Below are positions 11,469 to 39,077 of a DNA stretch of 64,000 nt, in pieces; position 1 is the stretch's first letter; the number at the start of each line of letters is the position of its first letter. The translations under genes were made by a program, and so were the position numbers. The notes beneath the pieces are model-generated. The model was not told the origin of the DNA. It was given only the letters and a program-made list of their open reading frames with translations, and did no database searches. The stretch comes from Phaeosaccion multiseriatum (lineage: Eukaryota > Protista > Ochrophyta, other classes), in assembly GCA_965112735.1 (NCBI GenBank), contig OZ218963.1:868001-932000 (forward strand), read 5' to 3'.

Positions 11469-13723
11469 TCATCTCCCTGCCTTCGATCCTCTGAGAGCCC
11501 TCGACGAGGTAGAGGACGCTCTAGTGTTCTCCCCCTCGCCCTCTCCTCCCCGCGGCGGTGACGACCATCCGGTTGACCCACCCCGGGAGGACCGAGAAGG
11601 TGGAGAAGGCGAAGAATGAAAGGAACGGGATGATCGAGCGGAAAGGTGTCCGTCGCTATCAACAGAACCTGAGCCCGCTTGATACCGTGATGCTTGTGAA
11701 GGCGATGATGATGATGATGGTGATGATGATGATCTTTGGGGCACTGACTGAATGAAGGGGATGCCTATGAAGGTGCGGCGGCAGTAGGCCTCGTATGTAC
11801 CCGGATAGAAGCCCTTGAGGCTCTCCTCTTCGTAGGGAATGCGTCGTGAGAAGAACATCCACGAGACGTATGAAAAGCTGTGCGCAATGTGCCCAAGGAG
11901 AAAGGGAGGGGTGGGTGGGAGGGCAACGGCCGGTCAGGGGTGTGCTCGTGGTAGTGGTCGCGTGCGCGCTTGTGTGTGTGTTAGTTTGTGTGTCTGTGTG
12001 TGTGTGTGTGTGTTTGCTTGTGTTTATGTTTGTTGTGTGTGTGCGTGTGTGTGTGCGTGTGTGTGTGTGTGTGTGTGAAGCTTCAGACTCGGAAGCGGAA
12101 GGAAGAGCACACCACCACTGATGTGAGACAAAAGAGTGGAGCCATCGAGGAGGATAACATATACTCCAACCATTGAGAATTTATGGGGCTGAGGGGAGAC
12201 CCGTCAACATAAGGCCAGGGGAGGAGGGAGGGATGGAGGGAGGGAGGGAGGGAGGGAGGGAGGGAGGAAGGAAGGAATCACTCACCCTATCCAGCAGAGC
12301 GGATTGACGAGGAGCATCTGGGTGCCCACCGTCCACCAGTACCAGCCGCAGTAGCTTGGGTGTCGGAAGAACCCGTACACCCCATGCGTGACCAGCTGGT
12401 GCCCGGCTTCCCTCTGCACCTGAATCTGGTGATTGAAGTTGCTGCCTGCTGTCCACATCGCCGCCACCCTTAGTACCTGAGGAGGAGCGGAGGGGCGGGA
12501 TTGATATTAGAGCTATGGAGAGGTGGGAGGTGTCTGAGGTGTGAGGTGTGGAGGGCGTTAATGGTGCGTTAGGCGTGAGGTGTGAGGTGTGGAGGGCGTT
12601 AATGGTGCGTAAGGCGTGAGAGGTGTGAGGTATGAGGTGTGGAGGGCGTTAATGGTGTGTTCGGCGTGAGGTGTGTGAGATGTGTGAGGTGTGAGGTGTG
12701 GAGGGCGTTAACGGTGCGTTAGGCGTGAGGTGTGAGGTGTGGAGGGCGTTAATGGTGTGTTCGGCGTGAGGTGTGAGTGAGACGTGTGAGGTGTGAGGTG
12801 TGGAGGGTGTTAATGGTGTGTTAGGCGTGAGGTGTGAGATGTGTGAGGTATGAGGTGTGGAGGATGTTAATGGTGAGGCGTGAAAACGTTAGATAACGTA
12901 AGATGACGTAAGCATACAGACACTGATCAATGTACTGCATGCACGCACACCTGTCCAGCAATGAGCAGCACGAGCCCAGCAACGGACAGGACAACGGCCC
13001 GACCCTTGAGCTGAGGAAAAAGCAACACCTCCACCCAGAACTCTCCCCAGCACAGCAGGGTGGCGATGGTGTACTCCTTGCTGTGGTTGATCACAAAACT
13101 TGACGACACACACACACACACACGACAGGCGGCAGGCGACAGGCAGCAGGTGAATTACTTATGGTGAAGGAGGAGGGGAAAGGGGGGAGTGTGGCGAAGG
13201 GAGGAGGCACAATGGAGAAGGAAAGAAAAAATGACAGAGCAGGGAGGCAGAGCTTCTCCGTAACGCCCACAGAAGTGGCAGGCACTTGTCAAGCACTTGT
13301 CAAGCACTTGTCAAGCCAACTAGCGCTCACCTATCGTAGGACACTGCGTGCGGTCGCTTACACGCCGTACAGAAGAACTCCAGGAAGTGGAAGGAGGAAA
13401 GCGAACATAGGTATACACACCAGCGGAACAGGTTACTGGACACCGCCTCTCGGGCCCCGAGCAGCGCCAGCAGCCCACAGGCCAGCGTCAGATGAATCCC
13501 CAGGATCAGCCCCAGTGCTCCCCCTGTTCCAGGCCGGCGTGGGTGGGTGAGGGCGAGTGTGGGGGGGGGGAGTGCGGGAGGGGAGAGTGTTACAGCAGGA
13601 TTTGGTGAGATTAAAGGGCCATCCTCTCTTACCTGCCAGTGCGACGCCACCCAAGCCATCCTTCGCGCTGAACTGGGGATTAGAGCACCCTTCAAAGTTG
13701 AGCCGGCTATGGAGTAGTCCCAT
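11469..13723 (-). CDS. ICMT: Protein-S-isoprenylcysteine O-methyltransferase (ICMT/STE14)
   Basis: Exons 13723-13633, 13523-13331, 13098-12951, 12476-12286 and 11877-11469 splice in frame. Motifs FHFLEF, SFVINHSKEY, GQVLRVAAMWTAGSNFNHQIQ, LVTHGVYGFFRHPSYCGW, RIPYEEESL and YEAY. Ser-rich C-terminal extension. Confidence 0.95.
12535..12885. repeat. Intronic minisatellite (~40-50 bp unit, core GAGGTGTGGAGGGCGTTAATGGTG)
   Basis: About 7 diverged copies inside ICMT intron 12950-12477. Confidence 0.9.
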
Positions 13724-13981
13724 CGGCCGGCCGCTGCCTCTCCTCCCCCACACACCCTTCCCTCTTCTTCCTTCAGACTTAAGAATGAATTGGTAATTCA
13801 AGCTGAGGCTGAGGGGTACGATTCAATCTCTACAACAAGCAAGAGCGAGTCGAAGTGGTCGCGGTGAGAGAGGGTTCAACAGGCTGGCAAACCGGAGGAC
13901 CACCACACAGATGTCGCACAAAGAGATATCACAAAAAAAAGTATAAAGAAGTTGGAAAAACAACATAGGACATACGTCCCA

Positions 13982-28359
<14,378 letters not shown>

Positions 28360-29110
28360 GGGGCGGTGATGTGCTGGTGCCCCCCCGGGGTGCGCTGCCA
28401 CCCCCCCACCCCGGGGTGCCGACTCCCGTTACTGGCCACTTCCGCACCCCGCTGCCGCGCGGATGCCCACCCTTGGGCTTTGGGGGAGAGCGCAGTGGAG
28501 TGTTTGATGGTGTGATGTGCTTACTCAGTCCGAGGGAGGAGGAGGGGTGGTCAGACGAAGAGCATTTGCTTTCTGTGTATAGCTAAAGTCCTCCCCTCAT
28601 GTTTTATATAAATTGTATACAATGACGTGAGTTGATTTTACACTCCCTCTACCTCCTCCCCTTGATGTTATGTATGTGATATATATATATACATATATAC
28701 AAGCATGCGTTCTTATTCCCCAGCCTCCTCCTCTTCACTCGGCCTTCGAAGTCACACCTCAGCAGCCGTGACACAATGAGCTTTCGATGGATCCCCTCTC
28801 GGACTCACAGAGGCCTGCGTCATACTCGTCCCAAGCCTCGACGCTCGATGTCAGCATCGTCACTGTTGGTTCGTTGCAGTTTTCAGTTTCAGCTTGCGTG
28901 GATGCTTTGAGGGCCCGGGCTCAGCCGGATAGTCCCTCGCTGTCGCTAACCGCAGCAGCTGCAGCGGTTGGTGATACAGCAGCAGCAGCAGCAGCAGCAG
29001 CAACTTCTTCCTCTCCGCCGTCGCCATCACCAGCGTCTCGCCCTCTTCGTGTCCCCCCCGGCACTGTGGTGTGGCCGTGGTGTGGCTGCCTTGCCCTGCG
29101 CTCCTAGGCT

Positions 29111-31911
29111 TCATGAACCTTTCCGCACCTCCACTATGACGTTCCCCTTGTTCAGCAAGTCATCATCCTCGTCGCTGGTTTCTCCTCCACTGCCATCACC
29201 ACTCTCCTCCTCCTCCTCCTCGACTGCCTCCCGTCTCTTCTGTGCCGGCACTGTGGCTGCCTTTCCCCTCCCCGCCTTCGTCCTCTTTCGTCCCTTTGGC
29301 TGAGCTTTTCTCACACCCTCCACAATTGCATTCCCCTCGTTCAGCAAGTCATCATCCTCGTCGCTGGTTTCTCCTCCGCTGCCATCACCACTCTCCTCCT
29401 CCTCATCCTCCTCCTCCTCCTCCTCCGCCTCGCCTGTCTTCCCTCTCTTCCGCGCCGGCCCTGTGGCTGCCTTTGCCCTCTCTGCCTTCCCTCTCTTCTG
29501 TGCCGGCACTGTGGCTGCCTTTGCCCTCCCCGCCTTCGTCCTCTTTCGTCCCTTCGCCTGAGCTTTTGCCGAACCCTCCACAATTGCATTCCCCTCGTTC
29601 AGCAAGTCATCATCCTCGTCGCTGGTTTCTCCTCCGCTGCCATCACCACTCTCCTCCTCCTCCTCCTCCTCCTCCTCCGCCTCGCCTGTCTTCCCTCTCT
29701 TCCGCGCCGGCCCTGTGGCTGCCTTTGCCCTCTCTGCCTTCCCTCTCTTCTGTACCGGCACTGTGGCTGCCTTTGCCCTCCCCGTCTTCGCCCTCTTTCG
29801 TCCCTTCGCCTGAGCTTTTGCCGAACCCTCCACAATTGCATTCCCCTCGTTCAGCAAGTCATCATCCTCGTCGCTGGTTTCTCCTCCGCTGCCATCACCA
29901 CTCTCCTCCTCCTCGACTGCCTTCCCTCTCTTCCGTGCCGGCCCTGTGGCTGCCTTTGCCCTCTCCGCCTTCCCTCTCTTCTGTGCCGGCACTGTGGCTG
30001 CCTTTGCCCTCCCCGCCTTCGCCCTCTTTCGTACCCTCAGCTGAGCTCTGGGCATACCATCCACTATGGCGTTCCCCTCGTTCAGCAAGTCATCATCCTC
30101 GTCGCTGGTTCCTTCTCCGCTGCCATCACCACTCTCCTCCTCCTCCTCCTCCTCCGCCTCGCCTGTCTTCCCTCTCTTCCGCGCCGGCCCTGTGGCTGCC
30201 TTTGCCCTCTCTGCCTTCCCTCTCTTCTGTGCCGGCACTGTGGCTGCCTTTGCCCTCCCCGCCTTCGTCCTCTTTCGTCCCTTCGCCTGAGCTTTTGCCG
30301 AACCCTCCACAATTGCATTCCCCTCGTTCAGCAAGTCATCATCCTCGTCGCTGGTTTCTCCTCCGCTGCCATCACCACTCTCCTCCTCCTCCTCCTCCTC
30401 CTCCTCCTCCTCCTCCTCCGCCTCGCCTGTCTTCCCTCTCTTCCGCGCCGGCCCTGTGGCTGCCTTTGCCCTCTCTGCCTTCCCTCTCTTCTGTGCCGGC
30501 ACTGTGGCTGCCTTTGCCCTCCCCGCCTTCGCCCTCTTTCGTCCCTTCGCCTGAGCTTTTGCCACACCCTCCACAATTGCATTCCCCTCATTCAGCATGT
30601 CATCATCCTCGTCGCTGGTTTCTCCTCCGCTGCCATCACCACTCTCCTCCTCCTCCTCGCCTATCTTCCCTCTCTTCCGTGCCGACCCTGTGGCTGCCTT
30701 TACGCTCCTCCCCGCCTTCGCCCACTTTCGTACCTTCAGCTGAGCTCTGGGCATACCATCCACTATGGCGTTCCCCTCATTCAGCAAGTCATCATCCTCA
30801 TCGCTGGTTCCTTCTCCGCTGCCATCACCACTCTCTTCCTCCTCGACTGCCTTCCTTCTCTTCCGTGCTGGCACTGTGCCTGTCCTTGCCTTCCCCGCCT
30901 TCGCTTTTCTTTGCGTCTTCGGCTGAGCCTTTGCTGCAACTGCCAATGGTCTTCCTCCGCCCCTTAATTTCTCTGGAGCAGTCCTCTTGCTCGCCCCTCC
31001 ACTCTTTCTACTGAGGAGGGTGTCACCGGGGGTGTGATCATCCACATCAACATCACTACCACTGCTGCTGCCACTACTTGCCTCACTACTGCTGCCACCC
31101 TCATCGTCACTGGGAACTCCTTGCCCTCTCCGCCTTCCGCTAGCAGTCTGTGTATGTAGTCCATGAACAGCTGGACGAGAAGGAGTCGCCTTCCTCCTCG
31201 CTCTGCTCTTCTTTTGTGCTTTTGATGCCTTGGGCCTCCTGCTCTTCCCTGGTAGCACATCTCCCAAGATTGTACATGCTTCGTTTAGCACGTCGTCGTC
31301 GTCTCCTTTTGGCCCTTCTTCCCCTGCCACCTCTGCCTGGCCCTCGCGGTCTCCCCCCGCCAATATCTGCTGGAGAAACCCTGAAACAACCCCTCGTGGT
31401 TTCAAAGTCTCTGTGACCTCTGCCACTTCATCCTTGCCTTCATGCTCTCCCTGATTCTCATGTTTGCCTTCACCACCATCATCTCCACCTTCATCCCCGC
31501 CCTCATCCTCATCTTCTGTCAACTCGAACTCCATCATGAGATCAATGTCATCATCATCCTCCGCTCCTCCTTCCTCCGACACGTCATCGTCGGAAGGCTT
31601 CGTCATTCCCTCATCGGTTCTAGTCTCTTGCTCTTCGATCCTTGCCTGCTCTTCAGCAACTCTAATGCCCAACCCCAGCCTAGACAGATGGCTTCCACCC
31701 CCCCGTCCCGCGGCAGAGGGTCGCATGCCTAATCCTAATCCCAGTAGTCCCGACAGACCTCCCCCGCTGCTCCTGCTCGCCTGTCTTCCTTGCTGCTCCC
31801 GCTTGTTCCTCGAGTAGGCACTCTCCGTGAGGCCCGCAGCAGAGCTCCTGTCACCCGCGCTCCGGCCTCCCTTCTCCGCCCCAGCGGCTAGCACACGCCC
31901 TTCACCATGAC

Positions 31912-31943
<32 letters not shown>

Positions 31944-34473
31944 CCACCACTGCCACTACTCCCGTCGCCAGAGCCCTGCTGCACCATTCTCCTCAACGCA
32001 GACACGGCAGAGGCTGTCCCCGTGCCAGCAGTGCTCGTCGAGGAAGTGTCTAGCATCTCGTGCAGGCGGTTGCGGTCAACATCCCTCCTACTGCCTCCCC
32101 CTCTCCCTTCTCCGCCGCCATCTATAGCACCTATACTCTCGTACACGCTTGCTGCGGCGGCGGCAGCTGCCTCTTCACTGGCAGCCTCAGCGGCGCTCGC
32201 GTTGGTGCCGCGAAGAGCTGCGGCGGTCATTCGTCGCGTAGACGAAGACAGTCGAGCGGCCCGTGAGAGGTAAGAAGCCCTCCCTGAGGTCACCGACACG
32301 ATGGTTTGCCTTGGGGCCGGGGCAAATACAGGCTCCCTCAGCGGGGCCGCCGGGGGTAGGTAAGGCTCGAAGGGGGTGGGGTGGGGGCGCAGCCGTGTTG
32401 CTAGTGCCCCACGTGTTCTCGTGGCGTCGACATGGTCGCCGTCGTCAGACAGCCGCCGCTCCTCCTCCTCCTCCTCCTCCTCCTCATGAAGCCTATTCGG
32501 CAAGTGCACAGGCCGAGTGCGCGAGCCAGGCTCCAAGCCTTGTACTGTCCGGCGCGGTGTCCCCTCCAGTGCGAGTGTCATTGCCGTGACGAGGGGACCA
32601 GCAGCGTCGGAGCGGAGGACTCGCTGACTGCCCGTCGTCCCATTCGCTGCTCCCGCTTCTGCTCCCACCCCAACTAGCGAGCCGAGAGAACAGGCCGCTT
32701 TGGTCGCGTGGTCTAAGTACTCCGCGTACGCAGGCCCGAGTGAGAGCACGTCCGTTCTACACGTCGTTAACACCTTCTCCAGCCCGAAGGCCGTGTATCG
32801 CCGCCCCAGCCCTCCTTCCATGATCCCTCCGCCCGAGCGGCTCGTGCCACCCCCCCCCCCCCCCCCCCTCCCCCTCCCCCCCCCCCGACCTCTCGCCATC
32901 CTCTTCTCTTCGCGTTTTTTCCGCCGCTGAACTTGACCTTCGCGAGCCCTTTCGCGCTCCCTGATGCCCTTCTTGTCTGTCCTGCTGAGCAGCATGAGTG
33001 AATCGACCATGTATCTGCGGCTCTCGCCATGTCCCTCTTGGCCCCATTTGCCGCAGCTTCCGCCCGTGCCACTTGCTGCGGCAGCCCTCACTGCTCTCAG
33101 TAAGCCGCTCGCCTTCCTCCTGCTGCCGTCGGTGTCACTCTCTGGAGAGCCACCGCCACCCTGAGGAGCCGCCTTCTCCGGATCATCAGCATCAGGAGCA
33201 GCAACCGCAGCAGCAGCCACAGCAGCAGCCGCAGCAGCCTTAGCCTTAGCCTCAGCCTGCACCCTGTGCCGCTCGACTACGGCCCCTGTGGGACCACTCC
33301 AGAGCGCAGGCTGCAAGGCTCCTCCGACAATGAGCTTGGCAAGCACGAGGGACGCCTCCGCCGCCTGAGGCAGGGACAGCCGAAAAGCCCCCTGACAGAT
33401 GGCACGTATGCAAGAGTATATAGGAAAGGACCGAGTTGGAGGAAGGTGGTACTTTCAGCGCGTGCCAAGAGAGGGGTGGATCATGAGGGAAGGAAGGAAA
33501 GGGAAGGGAGGGGGGAGGGAGGGAGAGGAATGTGGTGCGTTGCCCCCCCCACCCCCTGTGTTGTTGTCACCTGCTGTTTGCCCCTCCCCCCTTCCACTGC
33601 CATCATCTCTTACCTGCAGCTCCGCGAGCGACAGCATGGCAGACGCGTCCACCCGGATGTCGACAGCGGTGGGCGGCTGCATGTGGAGCTCTGGCATATG
33701 CGGCCGGGGCAGCAGGAGCTGGGTCTGGTGCAGACAAAAGAGCGCAAAGACGAGGCCGCCGCGGAAGGCCAAGCTCCCGGGCCCGATGTAGCGTGGGCCT
33801 GTGTAGAGTGACGAGACAATTGTAACGGCGGACATGAGATACACCTTCCGTGGTAGGTAGTGCTTCGGTTCGGTTCGGTTAGGTTCCCACCAGCGAGACT
33901 TGCCTAAATTGACGTCTGGTGGAGGTCGCTGTAGAAGGCGAATGCAAGTACCGTATGCTGCGTGAAGGAGGGAAGAGGGATTTACTGAAGGTTTGTGGGC
34001 TCTGCGGGCAGCATGGTGAATCAGGGAGAAGCGCCGAGCACTCCACACCGCCTTGAAGGCCGCGAAGGACAGCACGGGCTGCTGCGGAGGGAACAGAAGG
34101 CAGACGAGGCGAGGAGGAGGAGGAGGCGTGAACCGTGCGCTTCGAGAGGAGGCCTCAAAGTCGAGCTGCAAAGATCCTGCTGCTCTCTCGCGCCACCCCA
34201 CCCCGCGCTTACCTCTGCTGCTGCTGCTCCTCCTGCTGCTCTCTCTGAGAGTAGAGGAGATGCACTGATTGCGGCCAGCCACTCCCCGACTAGCCCGAGC
34301 AAGTCTCGCTCCAAGCTGGTCACTAGCGACGTTGCTGCACCAGCCGGAAGAGGAGGATTTCGTTGCTGCTGGAGCCCCTGCTCCTCCCCAGTTTCTTCGT
34401 CCTCATTTTCCTCCTCCTCCTCCTCCTCCTCTTCTTCTTCTTCTTCTTCATCTTCCTCTTCTTCCTCTTCCAT
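29111..34473 (-). CDS. SNAPC1: snRNA-activating protein complex subunit 1 (SNAP43/SNAPC1)-like protein with a ~1400-aa disordered repeat tail
   Basis: Exons 34473-34213, 34081 (or 34078)-33614 and 33391-29111 all join in phase 0. N-terminal motifs ERDLLGLVGEW, SFAAFKAVWSARRFSLIH, RGGLVFALFCLHQTQ, DIRVD and LAKLIVGGA..A..GP resemble the SNAP43 domain from recall. Confidence 0.65.
29120..30900 (-). repeat. Coding tandem repeat, 8 units of 189-264 bp
   Basis: Anchor TTCAGCA.GTCATCATCCTC at 29151, 29340, 29598, 29850, 30081, 30327, 30591 and 30780. All spacings are multiples of 3. Confidence 0.95.
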
Positions 34474-34793
34474 ATTTTAGAGGCAATTTCTTGGGGGGAG
34501 GGGGGGGGGAAGCGGAAGCCATTCGGGCGAGCTTAAACTCAATTTCCCAATTTCTCCCTCCTCCAAGTCCGCTCTTTCCTTCCTCCTTCTCGTCCCCGGT
34601 GTTCGGTCACACTACACGGGGAGACCTCCCTGCTCCAGCTGCCGCTGCTGCTGCTCTGCTGCTGCTGCTGGTGAGGGAGAAAGCTGTCAGAGGGAGAGGC
34701 AGGACGGGTATCTTCCCCACATGGCTCTTCACTCTTTCGTAGGAGCAGCAAGCGTAGCGGGAGCAGGGGGGGCAGCGACACAGGCGCCGTCTA

Positions 34794-36435
34794 ATGCCTA
34801 CGCGTAAACAGCAATGGAAGAGGCAGAGGAGTCGGAGTATATCCACGGATTTGCTTGACGTGCTGGAGAGTCTCAGCGTTGCCTCGAACGGCAAGGGCAA
34901 GTTGCCAACCTCCAACAGGTCCAACAGGTGGGTAAGAGCACCAGGGGGGAAGAGAAGAGGGGGTACGGGAGGGACGGATGAAGAGGTGTAAAGATGCGGA
35001 CAGACTGTGAGTGAGAGGGGAGTGTGAAAGACAGAGATGGAGGCAGGGTGGGGAGAGAGGCGGTCTTTTTTTGTATGTGGTGGTGCTACGCAGCTAAACA
35101 CACACGCCTTCTTCCCCCCCCAGTGTATCAACCCTATGGCAAAAGCAGAGGGGACCGCCACTGGACCCGGAGAAGAGGGCGTGGACATGGGACACCACTT
35201 TGAGGCGTGGAGAAGGGGGGAAGATTATCAGACCCAAAAAAGAAGTGCATTTCGACCAGGTGCGTCGGAGCACAAAGGAGCAAGGGAAAGTTGAGTTGTT
35301 TGTATGTGCCTCTAACGGTTCGCCTCTTTGCATCTGCAGACCGTGCGGATGCTGCTTGTACCGTCACGAAGGGAGTTTGGAGAGGACACTACAAGGAAGT
35401 AAGTGGGCCCTGGGGCTCTCCAATGCCCAAAGTCTGTACGTAGCGCTACAAGCTAACCTGACTCTTGCCTTGTGTATGTTACTATGTTGTCAGAGTGTGG
35501 TGGACCCGCGGCGACATTGCAAGCTTTCGAGAAGGAGGTAAGAAAGTAAGACTCTGACTGTACTAGCGCCGCACTCCGTACATCTTTGATGGTAGGGGAG
35601 TAGGGAGCGAAGGGGCGCAATCCCTTCTTTTGTCCTTCGTTCACAAGTCCGAACAGCCTTGCCGAGATTGATAAAGAAAGCCCCCTTCTCTCGGTTCTCG
35701 GTCTCTCTCTCTCTCTCTGCTCTCTCTTTTAAAGCTTCTCGAGACTGCGGAGCGCGACTGGGAGGGAAAGCCTTGTTACGTCCGGCAGATGGGGCAGAAG
35801 GAGGGGGGGAGGAAGGGCGTGTTCGCAGCTTTTCGGGTGCCAGTGCGCAGCTTGAACGCCTAAAGGAAGGAGAGGAGGAGACGAATGAGGGGGGTGGTGG
35901 ACACTCGGAGGACGACGACCTGGAGAGCACCAACTCCACTGAGTCCTTGTCGCCGTTCTCCTCCTTACCTTCCTCCCCTGATGCCACTATAGACAAGGCG
36001 TGCGGTAATGCTTTGTCGCCGGCTCTGCAAGAGCGTCAGCGGGAGGAGGAGGAGGAGGAGGAGGAGGAGGAGGAGGAGGAGGAGGAGGAGGAGCCTTGTG
36101 GTGCGGAAATGACCGCCCCGATTCGGTCTGTGGCATCAGACCCAAGCCTTCGCAGCCTCGGAATGGACGGTTTGCTGCCCTTGTTGCGACCCCAGGGGGA
36201 CAGGAGGGACCGTGGTGAAGACTACGGCTCCTGCGCGGTAGTCAGAGGCCCGCTCGCTCAGGCTCCTGCCGCTGCTGCTGGGCCTTCCAGTGGACGGGGC
36301 CAACAGCGCAAGCCGGAGCAGTCCAGGGGCCTAGGAGGAGGGCTGTGTGGAGGACAACAGGGCATGCGGAAAAGCTCTTCTTGCGTGGTGGGGCTCGACC
36401 GGCAGCAGCAGTATGTGCATGGAAAGGAGTTGTGA
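34794..36435 (+). CDS. Hypothetical protein with an RVxF-like motif (KKEVHF...VPSRREF...WWTRGDIASF)
   Basis: Exons 34794-34927, 35124-35259, 35340-35398, 35494-35537 and 35735-36435 splice in frame with GT-AG introns. Confidence 0.75.
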
Positions 36436-36711
36436 GGGCCCTCGAAGGAGGAGGGCCGTCTGTACAACTAATAGTCCGAGAAACAAATAGGAAATTATAG
36501 AAAAAGTAATTAGGAATTAAAAAATAAAGTATATTTACAGGCATTTTGGAGGGCGTAGTAGTAAGACTGGGTTCATAACCCCCCCCCCCCCTCTCTCTCT
36601 CTCTCGTTCTGTCACCCCAAAATAACAATAATACCAGCCAGCCCAGGATCCTCTCTGTTACAAGACAAGCGCTGGTTGCCCTGGTCGTCCTTTCCTCGTC
36701 AGTGACCCTCG

Positions 36712-38523
36712 TCACAAGCGCCGGTTCACCTCTTCAAGCTCACCAAGCAGTTTGTCTTTCAAATCCTTCAGAGTCCCTTTGCCAAGGGTGCGTTCGTCTC
36801 CCTTTATCTTCCGCAGTTGTGCCTCGAGCACCCTCTTCTTCACCAAGAGCTCTTCTCTTGAGGCCGACGCGCCCTGCTGCTGCTGCTGCTGCTGCTCTTG
36901 CTTGAGCTTGAGCTATTGTCGACAGACACAAGACACAAACACACACACACAGAGAGAGAGAGAGAGAGCAAGAGCGAAAACGTGTTACTACTCGGGCTCA
37001 TGACGCACACCCTTCTCGCATTGTAGTGCTAACGCAGGGACAGGAGGGTTAGTTGCGTTGCGAGGCTTCGGTTCTCACATTCAAGGCTCTCGCGCTGTCG
37101 GCTTCACCTGTGCTAAATCCTCGGCCCCCATTTGGCTCTGCTCGGCTTGCTGGGCTTCGAGGTGCTGCCTCATCACGGCGATGGTCAGTGGTAACTCGTC
37201 AGCCGCCTTCTGCTTCACCTGCAAGATGAGTAAGTCAGCGAAGGGTAGGCCTTTACTTGTGCATCTGGCTGGCACCTCCTCCTTCTTCCCCGTAATCGAC
37301 CAACCTTGTGCGGAAGCCATCCCTTCGCGTCCATTTCGATAGCGTACGAGACCCGAGTCGTGCCGGCGTCAATAGGCTCCAGCAGCAGCAGGCTGTTGAC
37401 GTTGGCGCGGACTGAGTCCTTGGTGTTGGGTACGTCAGGGTCGGTGGCAGCGTCAGTCTGCACGAAGAGGACGCTGCCCACAGGTGCCCCGAGCGTGTCC
37501 CCGGGCAGCTTGAGCATCGAGTACACGAAGTCTCTGCTGCTTACCACACCGCCCACTTTGGGCCGAGCTTTGAGGTACACCAGACGCTCTGGGGGTACGA
37601 GAGAGAGAGAGAGACCGAGAGAAAGAGAGAGAGAGAAAGAGAGTGAGGGGGGGGGAGGGAGAGGGAGAGGAAGAGAGAGGGAGAGCGAGGTGGGGGGGGG
37701 GGGGGAGGGAGAGGGAGAGGGACAGGGAGGGAGAGAGAGAGAATAGAGGGGGAGGAAGGGGAAGAGAGAGAGAGGACGAGGGAGAGAGAGACAGAAATGC
37801 AGGAGTAAACAACGTAGAGAGGGCGATGTGAGGGGAGAGGAGATACACAGAGACACACAGCTCGATGTGATGTGGTGTGTGTTGCCCTCAGACGCAGCCT
37901 CCCCACCACCCGTGCCCCACTCCAACACACACACGCACACCTGAGTCCGACTTGCTGCGCACGAGCTGTGAGTCCATCGTGTTGAGATCGTCCCACTCCT
38001 TCCGCCGGCCGGCTGCAAACCAGAGGTTGGCAACATCCTCCACAGGCACTTTGATGGTGGCCTGGGCAATGCGAACGACAGAGAGGCCTCCGCTCTCCTG
38101 GTGCTTCTGGGCGTCCTTGGCGCTAGCGATGGAGAATATTCGCACCCCCCGCTTCTCTGCGCGCTCGTCTAGGATATTCCCCTGGTCTCTGTTTTTGGAA
38201 GAGGGTGGGTGGGGCGAGGTGAGTTGAAGAACAGTAACGCATGTTGAAGAAGACCAACTGACTCACATGGCCTGGAGATACCCTCCGAGCCGTTCGACGA
38301 CGGGGTGCGAAGGCCTCTTCCTCTCTGCTGCTGCCGCTGAGCATCGAGGCTCTTCTCTTTCCAACGACTTGGACAAGGCTTCAGGGAAGAGGGAGGGGAG
38401 AGGGTGCAAAGTGAGGAGAAAGACAAAGCAGCCTTCGTCCTCTTACGCCCATCGATGCTTACCTCCAAGAGTAAGCAGCCCTGCCGCGGTGGGCCTCAAT
38501 ATTACCTGCGTAACTCTCCTCAT
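36712..38523 (-). CDS. START-domain lipid-transfer protein, probable mitochondrial presequence, C-terminal coiled coil
   Basis: Exons 38523-38463, 38378-38267, 38188-37941, 37588-37305, 37218-37108, 37028-37011 and 36912-36712. Motifs RKEWD, VSSRDFVY, VRANV and TRVSYAIEMDAKGWLP. The N-terminus MRRVTQVILRPTAAGLLTLG is basic and lacks acidic residues. Confidence 0.85.
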
Positions 38524-39077
38524 TATCAGAGTGTTTGTATTTGTAGTGGATCAAAAGGGGAGAGGGCGGGAGGAAGGGGACAAGGAGCAAAAATCCTCAA
38601 ATGTCGACGATACGGATTCTGACTCCCCCCCCCGTGAAGGGCTATGGCCTATGGCCATAGCCCTTCGCCCTTCGACGGCACCTAAGTGGAAAGCTAAGAA
38701 AAAGAGAGTGAGGGTGAAGAGAAAAAACGACAAGCATTGTGGTGCTCAGCAGTGTGTGCGGCGACGAAGGAGAGAGAGGAGAGGGTGGGAAAGAAGGAAA
38801 AGAGGGGGGAAATGTGGGCTCGGAAACCAGTTCCCTCAAAAACGTCAGCATTTTCGCCAAAAAAAATCGGCCACTCTAGGTCAGGGGACGGGAAAGAGGA
38901 AGAAGATGCTTTTTATCTCTCTCTCTCCTTAGTGTAGTACTGTAAGGGATAGGTGCTCGAAGGCTTACGTCGAAGCGGGAGGAAGGAGCTTTAATAACAG
39001 TAGGAGCCTTTGCCCGCCCCCAGAGCGGGGGGGTTCCTCCCCCCCAACACCAACTCATCACCCTAGCGGCAGTGGGG

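Noticed and set aside
12535-12885. Possible CRISPR or telomere-like array
   Set aside because: Degenerate tandem minisatellite with no unique spacers and no canonical telomeric unit.
13327-13755. ICMT start at MAWVASHWQ (ATG 13659)
   Set aside because: Its phase-0 donor does not fit the acceptor at 13524; the frame from ATG 13723 splices correctly.
29242-31014. 590-aa plus-strand ORF
   Set aside because: Antisense shadow of the coding repeat in the SNAPC1-like gene.
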